Positions 26,711 through 35,507 of a stretch of 64,000 nt of DNA are shown here, one piece after another (position 1 is the stretch's first letter; each line of letters begins with the position of its first letter). The stretch comes from Anaerohalosphaera lusitana. Lineage in GTDB: Bacteria > Planctomycetota > Phycisphaerae > Sedimentisphaerales > Anaerohalosphaeraceae. A program made the translations under genes and the position numbers. The DNA is taken from positions 2,904,593 through 2,968,592 of the forward strand of contig NZ_CP019791.1 of the NCBI RefSeq assembly GCF_002007645.1, read 5' to 3'. The notes beneath the pieces are model-generated. The model was not told the origin of the DNA, did no database searches, and saw only the letters and a list, made by a program, of their open reading frames with translations.

Positions 26711-28042
26711 ATGAATTCCGAAATTAAAAAAAGCAACAATTTCCCTTTCGCACCCGCAAAATGGCCCTTCTTTTATGGCTGGGTAATCGTCGCAGCAACA
26801 ACGATCGGCACAATTGCAAGCGTCCCAGGCCAGACCATCGGAGTAGGTGTATTTACAGATAAGCTTATAAACGCCATCGGTCTCTCGCGGACCCAGCTCG
26901 CACAGGCATACATGCTCGGCACCGTAACCAGCAGCTTTTTGCTGCCCTATGCAGGTACGATTCTTGATAAATTAGGTTCACGCATAATGGTTATGGTGAG
27001 CGCAGCCGGACTTGGCGTCAGCCTTCTTCTGCTGTCGCAAATAGATTTGCTGACTGCACAAATTGAAAGCTTTGCAGGGTTGCTGATTATAACTGCTGTA
27101 GGATTCCTGCTCATACGCTTCTTCGGACAAGGCTGCCTCACACTGACATCCCGCGTAACCATCGGCAAATGGTTCAACCATCGCAGGGGCCTCGCCACTG
27201 GAATATCCAGTATCTTCATCGCCTATTCATTCAACGCATCCCCGGCCTTCCTCAATTATCTCGTTACGACTTTCACCTGGCAGCAAACCTATATAATACT
27301 CGGCCTGATCATAGGCCTCGGCATCACCGCACTCGGCTGGGTATTCTACCGCGACAATCCCGAACAGTGCGGCCTGATCATGGACGGCAAAAAGATTGAT
27401 CCCGCATCGATCTCGATCAATAAGAAAGTGCCCGAAACCGTCCGCAGCTTCACCCGACTGGAAGCTCTCAAAACGTTCCCGTTCTGGATATTTGCAGCAG
27501 CCACCTCCTGGCAGGCCCTGATGATGACAGCCGTGAGCTTTCACATCACATCCATAGGCAAAGAAGTGGCCCTTACGAGGGATCAGACCTACGCCCTGTT
27601 TCCCATAATAGGCATTGTAACTGCCATCGTTACCATACTGGCAGCATGGATAAGCGATAAGACCCGTTTAAAATGGTTCCTTCTGATCACGCTAGCCGCA
27701 CAGTTCGTCGCCGCGCTTGGCGCATACAATATATCTCTGCCGATACTGCAAAACCTATTCATCGCAGGATACGCAGTATCCGGCAGCATCTTCGCATTGC
27801 TTCTCACCATAACCTGGCCGCGATACTACGGCAGAAAACACCTCGGAGCCATCAGCGGACTGGTAACCTCCATGATCGTCTTCGCAAGCGCGATCGGCCC
27901 ATACATTTTCAGCATACTCCGCGACTACTCGGGCAGCTATGACCTCGTTTTCAAACTGTCAATGGTGGTCCCGCTCCTGCTTATCGTGCCGGGCTTTTTC
28001 GTAGTAAACCCGCAGCTCAAGTTCCAGGACACATCCAATTAA
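26711..28042 (+). CDS. MFS transporter (OFA/oxalate-formate antiporter-like)
   Basis: 443 aa, 12 predicted TM helices, MFS-type loop between TM2-3 (GTILDKLGSR). Confidence 0.8.
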   Translation: MNSEIKKSNNFPFAPAKWPFFYGWVIVAATTIGTIASVPGQTIGVGVFTDKLINAIGLSRTQLAQAYMLGTVTSSFLLPYAGTILDKLGSRIMVMVSAAGLGVSLLLLSQIDLLTAQIESFAGLLIITAVGFLLIRFFGQGCLTLTSRVTIGKWFNHRRGLATGISSIFIAYSFNASPAFLNYLVTTFTWQQTYIILGLIIGLGITALGWVFYRDNPEQCGLIMDGKKIDPASISINKKVPETVRSFTRLEALKTFPFWIFAAATSWQALMMTAVSFHITSIGKEVALTRDQTYALFPIIGIVTAIVTILAAWISDKTRLKWFLLITLAAQFVAALGAYNISLPILQNLFIAGYAVSGSIFALLLTITWPRYYGRKHLGAISGLVTSMIVFASAIGPYIFSILRDYSGSYDLVFKLSMVVPLLLIVPGFFVVNPQLKFQDTSN

Positions 28043-28066
28043 TAACGATCTCTCGGTCCGAATCAC

Positions 28067-28513
28067 TCAGGACCCCTGCAGCTCAGGCTGTTCGTAAAAC
28101 TTCGCCCGGGCGGTCGCCTTGACCTGGCAGTCCTGTATCAGTTCTGCCTCAAGAAGGAACAGGGGCCTTGAAACCCGCGTGATCCTCGCTGTAATTCTCG
28201 CACATTTACCGGTCTGTACAGGATGCCGAAAACGCGTCGTCAGCTCCACCGTAACCGCTGAATGACCATGCGCGAACATACAGTTCCCCATCGCCCCGTC
28301 AAAGATCGACGCTATAACCCCTCCGTGTATAATTCCCGGATAACCCTCATACTGCTCATCACAGTCAAAGACCGCGGTAACCCCGCTTCCGTCCTCAGTA
28401 AGGACGTAATTAATATTGAGCCCTTTTGGATTCGCCTTGTTACAGACTATACAATTCGGGTGAATATGTTTACGCGTTTGAAGAAGTTCTGTGTCACTGT
28501 TTACAGGTTTCAT
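28067..28513 (-). CDS. PaaI/YbgC-type hotdog-fold thioesterase
   Basis: 148 aa. HGG motif (IIHGGVIASIFD) and central helix typical of hotdog thioesterases. Confidence 0.75.
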   Translation of the reverse strand: MKPVNSDTELLQTRKHIHPNCIVCNKANPKGLNINYVLTEDGSGVTAVFDCDEQYEGYPGIIHGGVIASIFDGAMGNCMFAHGHSAVTVELTTRFRHPVQTGKCARITARITRVSRPLFLLEAELIQDCQVKATARAKFYEQPELQGS

Positions 28514-28540
28514 AAGGCCTTTTTACAAAATAATAATTGA

Positions 28541-29734
28541 CTACTCGCTAGCTCCCTGCGCCTCTTCCGCGGGCTCAGCAAGCTTGAATTGAACATTCAC
28601 CGTATGATTGTTGTTCCACGGCTGTTTTTCTGCAGACGCCGCATATAATGCTATCGGTTTGCCGTCTCCATCGAACAACAACTGAGGCCGTTCAAGGTTG
28701 TTCAGCTTCTGCACGCTCCCGTCGGGCTTCGTATACTGCTTCAGCGAAACCAGGCTGTTCTTGGCCGGCCGCCAGTTTTTCGCAGGCGTTGTCGACGTGA
28801 TCAGAGCAAGAGCACCGAACTGCGGCGCCAGAACCTTCGAACGTGAAAAATTCTTAACGATCGCATAGTACCGCTCCCGCCCCTTATCATACCAGAAGTA
28901 AGGATCCTCAGCAGAATAATCACCGCCCTGCAATACCGGCCCGACCAGCTCGAACGGCCCGTCCGGCGACCCCGACGCTGCGCACCAGTGCGTCATATGA
29001 TCGCCCTTCCCGCCCAAAGGCTTGGCCCGCGACTTGAACATCATATAGTACCTGCCGTCATGTCCCCGTGTAACGCTCGGATTAACCGCCCGCTGATGCG
29101 TCTTCTCCTCATCAGGCTCAACGAGAGGCTCATCACATATCTCGAAATCACCCGCAAGAAAATCCTGCACCGACGAAGCAACCGCAACACCGATCTTCTG
29201 ACCGTTTGCGTATGCATACCACGTATTCGCAATCCCCTCAGCAGGATTCGTGCCGATGTAGTAAAGATACAGCTTGCCGTCGAAACGCTTGATGTGTGGA
29301 TTATGGGCATTGAAGCGGTGCCACTTGTCCTCTTCCTTCGTACCCGTAATAATGGTCTTGAGATGCTTAAACGGCCCCGCCGGCTCATCCGAAACCGCAA
29401 CTGCGATCTCCGAATACTTCAGCCAGCCGCGAAAGCCCGAAAACAATTCGTCACCCTCGGCCCGCCCGGTCATCCCCTTCGGCCACCGTGCATAAAACAG
29501 ATAGTACTTGCCGTCCTCACCCTCGATACCCGAACCGCCCCAGACATAATGGTCCTCCTGCGAAAGTATATTCTCCTCACCAACCGGCTGGATCATCGAC
29601 GAAATATCAAGATCATTCGTACTCGGCGAGACTATGGCATAACTCTCAGCATCTGCAGAAAAGGCAAGAATGCCTGAAAATCCAAAAAATACAACGACAC
29701 AAAAAGAACACATTTTTTGCCAGTCCATCTTCAC
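28541..29734 (-). CDS. Secreted glycoside hydrolase, beta-propeller fold (GH43/GH117/GH130-like)
   Basis: 397 aa with signal peptide. Repeated GPF/DG..Y blade motifs and acidic residues at blade starts, typical of 5-bladed propeller glycosidases. Family not resolved from sequence alone. Confidence 0.45.
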   Translation of the reverse strand: MKMDWQKMCSFCVVVFFGFSGILAFSADAESYAIVSPSTNDLDISSMIQPVGEENILSQEDHYVWGGSGIEGEDGKYYLFYARWPKGMTGRAEGDELFSGFRGWLKYSEIAVAVSDEPAGPFKHLKTIITGTKEEDKWHRFNAHNPHIKRFDGKLYLYYIGTNPAEGIANTWYAYANGQKIGVAVASSVQDFLAGDFEICDEPLVEPDEEKTHQRAVNPSVTRGHDGRYYMMFKSRAKPLGGKGDHMTHWCAASGSPDGPFELVGPVLQGGDYSAEDPYFWYDKGRERYYAIVKNFSRSKVLAPQFGALALITSTTPAKNWRPAKNSLVSLKQYTKPDGSVQKLNNLERPQLLFDGDGKPIALYAASAEKQPWNNNHTVNVQFKLAEPAEEAQGASE

Positions 29735-29757
29735 ACTCCTTTAAATTTGAAATTATT

Positions 29758-30231
29758 TCAGGCCTGCTCTTTTCCATTGATAGCCTGCTCATACTTCTTG
29801 ATGATGCTGTAATATATCTGGGCACTGAGCTTCATCGACTCGGGATGCGCATTCTTGTACTGCTCCACCGCAACACGATCCTCCGCATCTATCTGCCCGT
29901 CCGCCAGTATCTCCAGTATCGCCATCTCGCACTCGATATCCTTGCGCCGTTTCTCGATCAGCCGAGCGAGCGTATCGTTGTGAGTCTCGTCCGGCGTCTT
30001 CGGCAGTGGACACACAAACCGGTCAACCTCGCCGATGATCAGGTCCAGAATACGAATGTCCTCGGTCAACGCATACAGAGCTCGCCAGATACAAAGCGGG
30101 ATATGCTTGCGCCTCCCTCCCGTATATTCGTACACGGTCGGAGCCGCCAGATCCGCAGCATTCGCAAGCTGCTGAATGGATATATTATGCGTCGCCAGAA
30201 CTTCCTGTATAAAGATGTGTTCAGATGTCAC
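29758..30231 (-). CDS. Small HTH (XRE-like) domain protein of unknown function
   Basis: 157 aa. N-terminal helix-turn-helix-like segment (ISIQQLANAADLAAPTVYEYTGGRR), then a C-terminal helical domain. Divergent from an ECF sigma gene. Confidence 0.45.
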   Translation of the reverse strand: MTSEHIFIQEVLATHNISIQQLANAADLAAPTVYEYTGGRRKHIPLCIWRALYALTEDIRILDLIIGEVDRFVCPLPKTPDETHNDTLARLIEKRRKDIECEMAILEILADGQIDAEDRVAVEQYKNAHPESMKLSAQIYYSIIKKYEQAINGKEQA

Positions 30232-30505
30232 TTCTGATAAACCTCTCGTTCTTCGCTGCGGCCGACCCGGCCTCGAATAAGAAACTTTCCTACACCCATA
30301 AAATCCGGCCCGGGTTTATGCATCGGCCCATAAACAATGATTTCCAATTATGTGGTTCGCGATCCTTAGGGACCTTAATATTTAACCATGAGCCCGGCCC
30401 TGACTTTACGGTGCAATGATAGCGAAAAAGCCTTCAAAGGTCAAAGGATCAAATCGCGTTTCTCGAAAACGCATTCAAGAGGTGGTCATTTTAGGAGATG
30501 AACAG

Positions 30506-31108
30506 ATGCGAACTTTACAGCAAAAACGAGAGTATGTAGGCGTAATAGACAAAGCCAGAAACGGCGATCAACACGCCATGGAGCAGTTGATCGAGATGAT
30601 CAGGCGACGCGTTTGGCCCTTCATCTACAAAAGGGTCCGACATGAGGACATCGCGGCTGACCTGATGCAGGAAACCTATCTTGCCGTCCTCAGAAAACTT
30701 CCCGAGTTGGACAACACCCGCGGGTTCTGGCAGTGGGTGTTCACGATCGCAAGAAGCAAGATAATCGACCACATCCGCCGCCGAAACGTGCGTGACCTCA
30801 CATGGTTTTCCGCGATCGACAGTGCCCAACTGGAGGACCTCATGAGCGACAAATACATCTCACCGGCCAGCGATATGGCATTCGATGAGTTCATGCTCGC
30901 ATTTCAGCAGGCACGATCGAGGCTGCATGGAAGAGCCCGCCGGATATTCACAATGCGGATGGACTTGCACATGACATATGAGGATATCGCCGACGATCTG
31001 GGCTGCACCATCCCTGCAGCCCGCGTTGCATTCATGCGTGCCAGAAAGCAGATCGCCGAAGAGCTGACCCACAACTGCGGATACGGCCCTTGCGAGAAAT
31101 TCTTTTGA
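30506..31108 (+). CDS. ECF-type RNA polymerase sigma factor
   Basis: Sigma region 2 (DLMQETYLAVLRKL) and region 4 (YEDIADDLGCTIPAARVAFMRARKQI). Start moved to the ATG with an AGGAG RBS 8 nt upstream; the longest ORF begins at 30416. Confidence 0.8.
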   Translation: MRTLQQKREYVGVIDKARNGDQHAMEQLIEMIRRRVWPFIYKRVRHEDIAADLMQETYLAVLRKLPELDNTRGFWQWVFTIARSKIIDHIRRRNVRDLTWFSAIDSAQLEDLMSDKYISPASDMAFDEFMLAFQQARSRLHGRARRIFTMRMDLHMTYEDIADDLGCTIPAARVAFMRARKQIAEELTHNCGYGPCEKFF

Positions 31109-31124
31109 TATAAGGATTTACGGT

Positions 31125-31151
31125 TTCAATTACTAAAAATATCGGTATAAT
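31125..31151 (+). promoter_or_regulatory. Possible sigma70-type promoter for the flotillin gene (TTCAAT-N15-TATAAT)
   Basis: TATAAT at 31146-31151 with a weak -35-like hexamer 15 nt upstream; about 80 bp before the start codon. Confidence 0.25.
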
Positions 31152-31231
31152 GAGTGGTTAATTTTGATCGGCAGATTCCGGCCGTTCGAGATTTCCAAAA
31201 ACTGTCATGGAAGGTATTTGAAAGGACTATC

Positions 31232-32770
31232 ATGGATAATATGGAATGGGAAAAGACAATCAGAAAACCTAACAAATTTGTGGTCATCGCAGGAGGTATC
31301 CTGATCGCCGTGATTAGCTTTGCCGTGATCGCAGCTATCACAATCGTAAACATAGGCGGTGATCAGGTAGGTATTGTAACAAGAAAATTCGGCGGTGGAA
31401 AACTCCCCGCCGGAAAGGTTCTTGCTGTAAACGGTGAAAACGGAATACAGGCTAAAACGCTCGAACCCGGATGGCATTTCTTCAAATGGCCCTGGCAGTA
31501 CGACATCCAAAAGGTACCAGTCACCGACATTAAAGCCGGATTCGTTGGGCTAATACAGTCAAAAGACGGACGAAGTCTGCCCGAGGACACGATCTACGCG
31601 CCGAAATGGGAAGAACCTGACAAGATGATCGATGCTAAGTACTTCCTCAGCGAAGGTAACGGCTACAAGGGCCCTCAACTCACGGTGCTCAGACCCGGCC
31701 GCTACAGGCTCAACACAGAGTTATTTGAGATCGAACAAGTACCGGTCACTGATGTAAGGACAGGCGAAGTCGCCGTCATCAAAAGTAACGTCGGCGAACG
31801 TACGGAAGCCGAAAATCGCCTTGTCGAAAAGGGCAACCGCGGCATATGGGGCAAACCACTGCTGGGTGGGCAGTATTATTTGCACACGAACGCCTACGAA
31901 GTTACAAAGATAGACACCCGACAGGTAAAGGTCAGCTACACCGCTGAACAGGAAAGCGGTGAAATGGCCGGCTACCAGCCCATGCGCCCTATTAACGTAC
32001 GAAGTAGCGACGGCTATACGTTCCCGGTTGATGTGCGTATCAGCTACCAGATCGAGCCGGAAGATGCACCTAAGATCGTAGCTACCGTTGGTGATGACGA
32101 CATGGTCCTAAGCAAGCTGGTCACACCACGCGTCCGCGCGATCTTCAGGAACAACGCTGAAAAAGTCAAAGCACTTGGTTACGTACAGGACCGTTCAAAA
32201 CAGGAAGAGCAAAGCGGCAAGATGCTCGAAGAGGCACTAGGCAAGTACGGTCTCACGGTACTTGAAGTAAGCATCGGCGATGTAGGCGACGAAGAGTCGT
32301 TGGGCGACCTCCTCAAGACGCAGACAGACCGCGAGATCGCACTTCAGGAACAAGAAACCTTCGCAGAACAGCAGCGTGCAGCAGAGAAGAAAAAGGAACT
32401 GACACGCACTGAGCAGGAAGCCGAAGAGGAAAAGAAGCTTGCAACCGCCGCTTATGCTGTCCAGGTCGCTGAAGAAAACAAAGAAAAGATCCGCATCGAG
32501 GCAGAAGCCGAAGCGGCAAAGATCGAAACGCTCGCCCAAGCACAAGCAGAAGCATACAGAAAAGTCGCCGATGTTGTCGGTGAACAGAATGCCGCCCTTC
32601 TCGAGATAATGAAGCTTGTATCCGAACAGGGTGTGCAGATCACTCCCGATGTCATGGTAAATGGCGGCGAATCCAAAATGAGCGACGCGCTCATGGGCAC
32701 GATCCTGCGGGGACAGCTCCAGGACAAGCCCGCTAACAAGAACACATCAAAGACACAAACGCAAAAGTAG
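31232..32770 (+). CDS. Flotillin-like SPFH/Band 7 domain protein
   Basis: N-terminal TM anchor, SPFH domain, long EA-rich coiled-coil tail (EAEAAKIETLAQAQAEA). Start at the ATG with AAAGGA RBS; the longest ORF begins at 31154. Confidence 0.8.
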   Translation: MDNMEWEKTIRKPNKFVVIAGGILIAVISFAVIAAITIVNIGGDQVGIVTRKFGGGKLPAGKVLAVNGENGIQAKTLEPGWHFFKWPWQYDIQKVPVTDIKAGFVGLIQSKDGRSLPEDTIYAPKWEEPDKMIDAKYFLSEGNGYKGPQLTVLRPGRYRLNTELFEIEQVPVTDVRTGEVAVIKSNVGERTEAENRLVEKGNRGIWGKPLLGGQYYLHTNAYEVTKIDTRQVKVSYTAEQESGEMAGYQPMRPINVRSSDGYTFPVDVRISYQIEPEDAPKIVATVGDDDMVLSKLVTPRVRAIFRNNAEKVKALGYVQDRSKQEEQSGKMLEEALGKYGLTVLEVSIGDVGDEESLGDLLKTQTDREIALQEQETFAEQQRAAEKKKELTRTEQEAEEEKKLATAAYAVQVAEENKEKIRIEAEAEAAKIETLAQAQAEAYRKVADVVGEQNAALLEIMKLVSEQGVQITPDVMVNGGESKMSDALMGTILRGQLQDKPANKNTSKTQTQK

Positions 32771-32788
32771 AAAGGCACACCAACTTAT

Positions 32789-33967
32789 ATGAAGATAGAT
32801 GAACTCAATTTGAAGCCGCAAATACTTAACGGCCTCAAAAAAATGGGATTCAGCGACCTGACTCCTATTCAGGAAGCAACATACGAACATATCCTCGCAG
32901 GCAGGGACCTTGTCGGACTCGCCGAAACCGGCTCCGGCAAGACCGCTGCTGTGGGTATTCCCGTCGTCCAGTCCGTGGACCCCGATCTCGATGCGGTACA
33001 GAGCTTGATCATTGTACCAACCCGCGAGCTCGCGCTTCAATACGTCAGCGAGGTCAGCGACATCGCAAAACTCACAGACGTCGCAGCCTTTGCCGTCTAC
33101 GGCGGGTTCGACATGAACATCCAGCTAGGCAAGCTAGAGCACGGAGTACAGATCCTAGTCGCAACACCGGGCAGACTGATCGACCTGCTATACAACAGCC
33201 CGCTCCGCCTCAATGAGGTCAGAACTCTCGTCCTCGACGAAGCTGACGAAATGCTCAACATGGGATTCGTTACAGACATCGAATTCGTCATGTCATGCCT
33301 CGTCCACGAGCACCAGACACTGCTGTTCTCCGCTACGATGCCCAAAGAGATCAAGCAGCTCACCAGCAAATATCTCAAGGACCCGGTCGAAGTCGAACTC
33401 ATCGAAGAAAGACAGTCACCTCAGAGCCTAGAACACCAGTTCGAACAGGTCAGCAAAAACGACCACTTCGACAAGCTGCTCAATGTGCTCAAACAGGACG
33501 ATCTCGAGCAGGCCATCGTGTTCTGCAACAGCCGACGCACATGCGAGAACGTCTTTAAGAAACTAAAGCACAAGATCGACTCAGCCGAGATCATCCACGG
33601 CGGCATCGATCAGTCCAAGCGGACGAGCCTTTTCAACAGGTTCAAAAAGAAAAAAGTCAAGGTGATGATCGCCACCGACATCGCTGGACGCGGACTCGAT
33701 TTCAGCCACACCAGCCATGTCATCAATTACGATTTCCCCAAAGGCCCCGAGCCCTACACCCACCGCACAGGCCGAACAGCACGAATGGGCCGACGCGGCG
33801 TTGCCGTAACATTCTACGGCCGAGGTGATCTGCGGGCACTCAAAAGCATCATCCGCAAAACTCACATAAAACCCGTCTGGCGCGGCGAAGCTCCCGACCT
33901 CGACAAGATCGGCGGCGGCAGGGGCCGGTCTGGCGGGAGGTCGCAGAAGAGGTCGCGGCGGCGGTAA
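32789..33967 (+). CDS. DEAD-box ATP-dependent RNA helicase
   Basis: Q-motif, Walker A (AETGSGKT), DEAD (VLDEADEML), SAT, HRxGRxxR motifs. C-terminal RGG/RS-rich tail. Confidence 0.92.
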   Translation: MKIDELNLKPQILNGLKKMGFSDLTPIQEATYEHILAGRDLVGLAETGSGKTAAVGIPVVQSVDPDLDAVQSLIIVPTRELALQYVSEVSDIAKLTDVAAFAVYGGFDMNIQLGKLEHGVQILVATPGRLIDLLYNSPLRLNEVRTLVLDEADEMLNMGFVTDIEFVMSCLVHEHQTLLFSATMPKEIKQLTSKYLKDPVEVELIEERQSPQSLEHQFEQVSKNDHFDKLLNVLKQDDLEQAIVFCNSRRTCENVFKKLKHKIDSAEIIHGGIDQSKRTSLFNRFKKKKVKVMIATDIAGRGLDFSHTSHVINYDFPKGPEPYTHRTGRTARMGRRGVAVTFYGRGDLRALKSIIRKTHIKPVWRGEAPDLDKIGGGRGRSGGRSQKRSRRR

Positions 33968-34067
33968 AAAAACCAACAGCCGACGCAGATCCGGCGGAGG
34001 CAGAAACCGCCGATCAAAATCCGGCGATAATAAAAAACAAGGCAGTTAAACTGTCGCATTGAGATAA

Positions 34068-34097
34068 AACAAAGGGCACCGAAAGGTGCCCTGTTTA
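34068..34097. terminator. Bidirectional terminator between convergent DEAD-box helicase and TIM-barrel lipoprotein genes
   Basis: GGGCACC-gaaa-GGTGCCC (7-bp stem, GNRA-like tetraloop), flanked by AAAACAAA upstream and TGTTTAAT downstream. Confidence 0.65.
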
Positions 34098-34129
34098 ATG
34101 CGCAAATATTCAAAAAAATTTGTTAGCAG

Positions 34130-35050
34130 CTACTTCGCAACCCGCTCCATATATTCCGCCTTAAGCTTCGCGAAAACCTCAGCTTCCTCAGCGGATGTCC
34201 CCCTACACTCAAACAGGAACGGCCCAGTATAACCGGTCTCCACCAATGCATCCATAACCGCCATCCAGTCGATCACACCCTTGCCCGGCAGCCAGTGCCG
34301 CTCATCCTTCGCATCATAATCCGCAATATGCAAGGTCGTTATCCGATGCCCCGCTGCCCTGACAAACTCCTCGGTAGTCTCCTGCAGCAGATGGTTCGTA
34401 TCGCAGCATATCTCAAGTCGTTCATCCACGGATACCAGCTCGAGCAGCTCTGTACTCGTATTGCCCAGGCACGTCCGAGGCAGACACTCCACAGCGATCG
34501 CGATATCATGCCCTGCCGCAATATCCGCTATCTCTTTCAGTGATGCCTTGCACGCCGCGAACTTGGCGGCCCGTTCCTCGGTCTTCACAGGCTCAAAACT
34601 CGCATGCAATATCGCCTTCTTAGCACCCAATGGCTCGATTGCTCCCAGCAGGGAATCAATGTTCGCAACCGCCTTCGCCCTCGCCGCATCATCCACCAGC
34701 GACGGATCATAAGCAGGCCCATATGGTATATGCACCGACCAAATCTCGATACCAACCTCATCGGCCGTTTCCGCTAAACGTTCGGCCTGAGCATTCGCAC
34801 CAGCGAACTGCTCCTCATTCTGCGCATAGGGCAATCCCACCTCAATGCAGTCAAAACCCAAAGACTCGATCTCCGCCAGCTTAGCCTTATCCAGCGTCGC
34901 AAGTTTCTCGCTCCAGGGCGAAGTCCCCAGCCTCCAGTCATCAACCCGTTCCGCCTTGGAAACAGGCGTACTATTGCATCCAGCCGTCAAAAACAGCGAA
35001 ACAACACATACAGCCGCAACGATTCTCACACTCGTCATTTCACACTCCAC
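34130..35050 (-). CDS. Exported (lipoprotein) sugar phosphate isomerase/epimerase, xylose isomerase-like TIM barrel
   Basis: 306 aa. Lipobox (LTAGC) after a signal peptide, then an AP-endonuclease-2/xylose-isomerase-like TIM barrel. Lies 8 bp downstream of fucU. Confidence 0.72.
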   Translation of the reverse strand: MECEMTSVRIVAAVCVVSLFLTAGCNSTPVSKAERVDDWRLGTSPWSEKLATLDKAKLAEIESLGFDCIEVGLPYAQNEEQFAGANAQAERLAETADEVGIEIWSVHIPYGPAYDPSLVDDAARAKAVANIDSLLGAIEPLGAKKAILHASFEPVKTEERAAKFAACKASLKEIADIAAGHDIAIAVECLPRTCLGNTSTELLELVSVDERLEICCDTNHLLQETTEEFVRAAGHRITTLHIADYDAKDERHWLPGKGVIDWMAVMDALVETGYTGPFLFECRGTSAEEAEVFAKLKAEYMERVAK

Positions 35051-35058
35051 AAAAAAAT

Positions 35059-35490
35059 TTACACCTTGATCACACCCTTCTTAAGGATCACATTAGCATA
35101 CAATGCCCCTTCGGAAGTTGCAACAACTGCATATGCTCCCTTCGCCCGTTCATAAAAATCGAACCGATCAACAAATTCGAATTCGCCAAACGGCTCACCG
35201 CTGGCCTGAACGATCTTATCATATTCCTGCCATATCGTCGGCTTCGTATTATCGCCCGGCACCACCTGCATCAGCGATACCGGTTTATCCACATACTCAT
35301 CCAAAGGAAAGACCGAAAGAATAGCCTCAAGCAGATCCGGCACATTATGGCCGTCTGCACGAATGAGCCTCTGTGCGAGAGAGGCAGATGGGAAGTTCCC
35401 GTCCGCCAGCACGATCTCGTCGCCATGACCCATTTCCATCAGAACCTTCAGCAGTTCCGGCGAAAGTATGCTCGGTATATTTTTGAGCAT
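35059..35490 (-). CDS. fucU: L-fucose mutarotase / RbsD-FucU family
   Basis: 143 aa. RbsD/FucU signature (MGHGDEIVLADGNFP). 17 bp downstream of the fucI-like gene. Confidence 0.8.
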   Translation of the reverse strand: MLKNIPSILSPELLKVLMEMGHGDEIVLADGNFPSASLAQRLIRADGHNVPDLLEAILSVFPLDEYVDKPVSLMQVVPGDNTKPTIWQEYDKIVQASGEPFGEFEFVDRFDFYERAKGAYAVVATSEGALYANVILKKGVIKV

Positions 35491-35507
35491 GGGTTCATTC
35501 CTTTATG

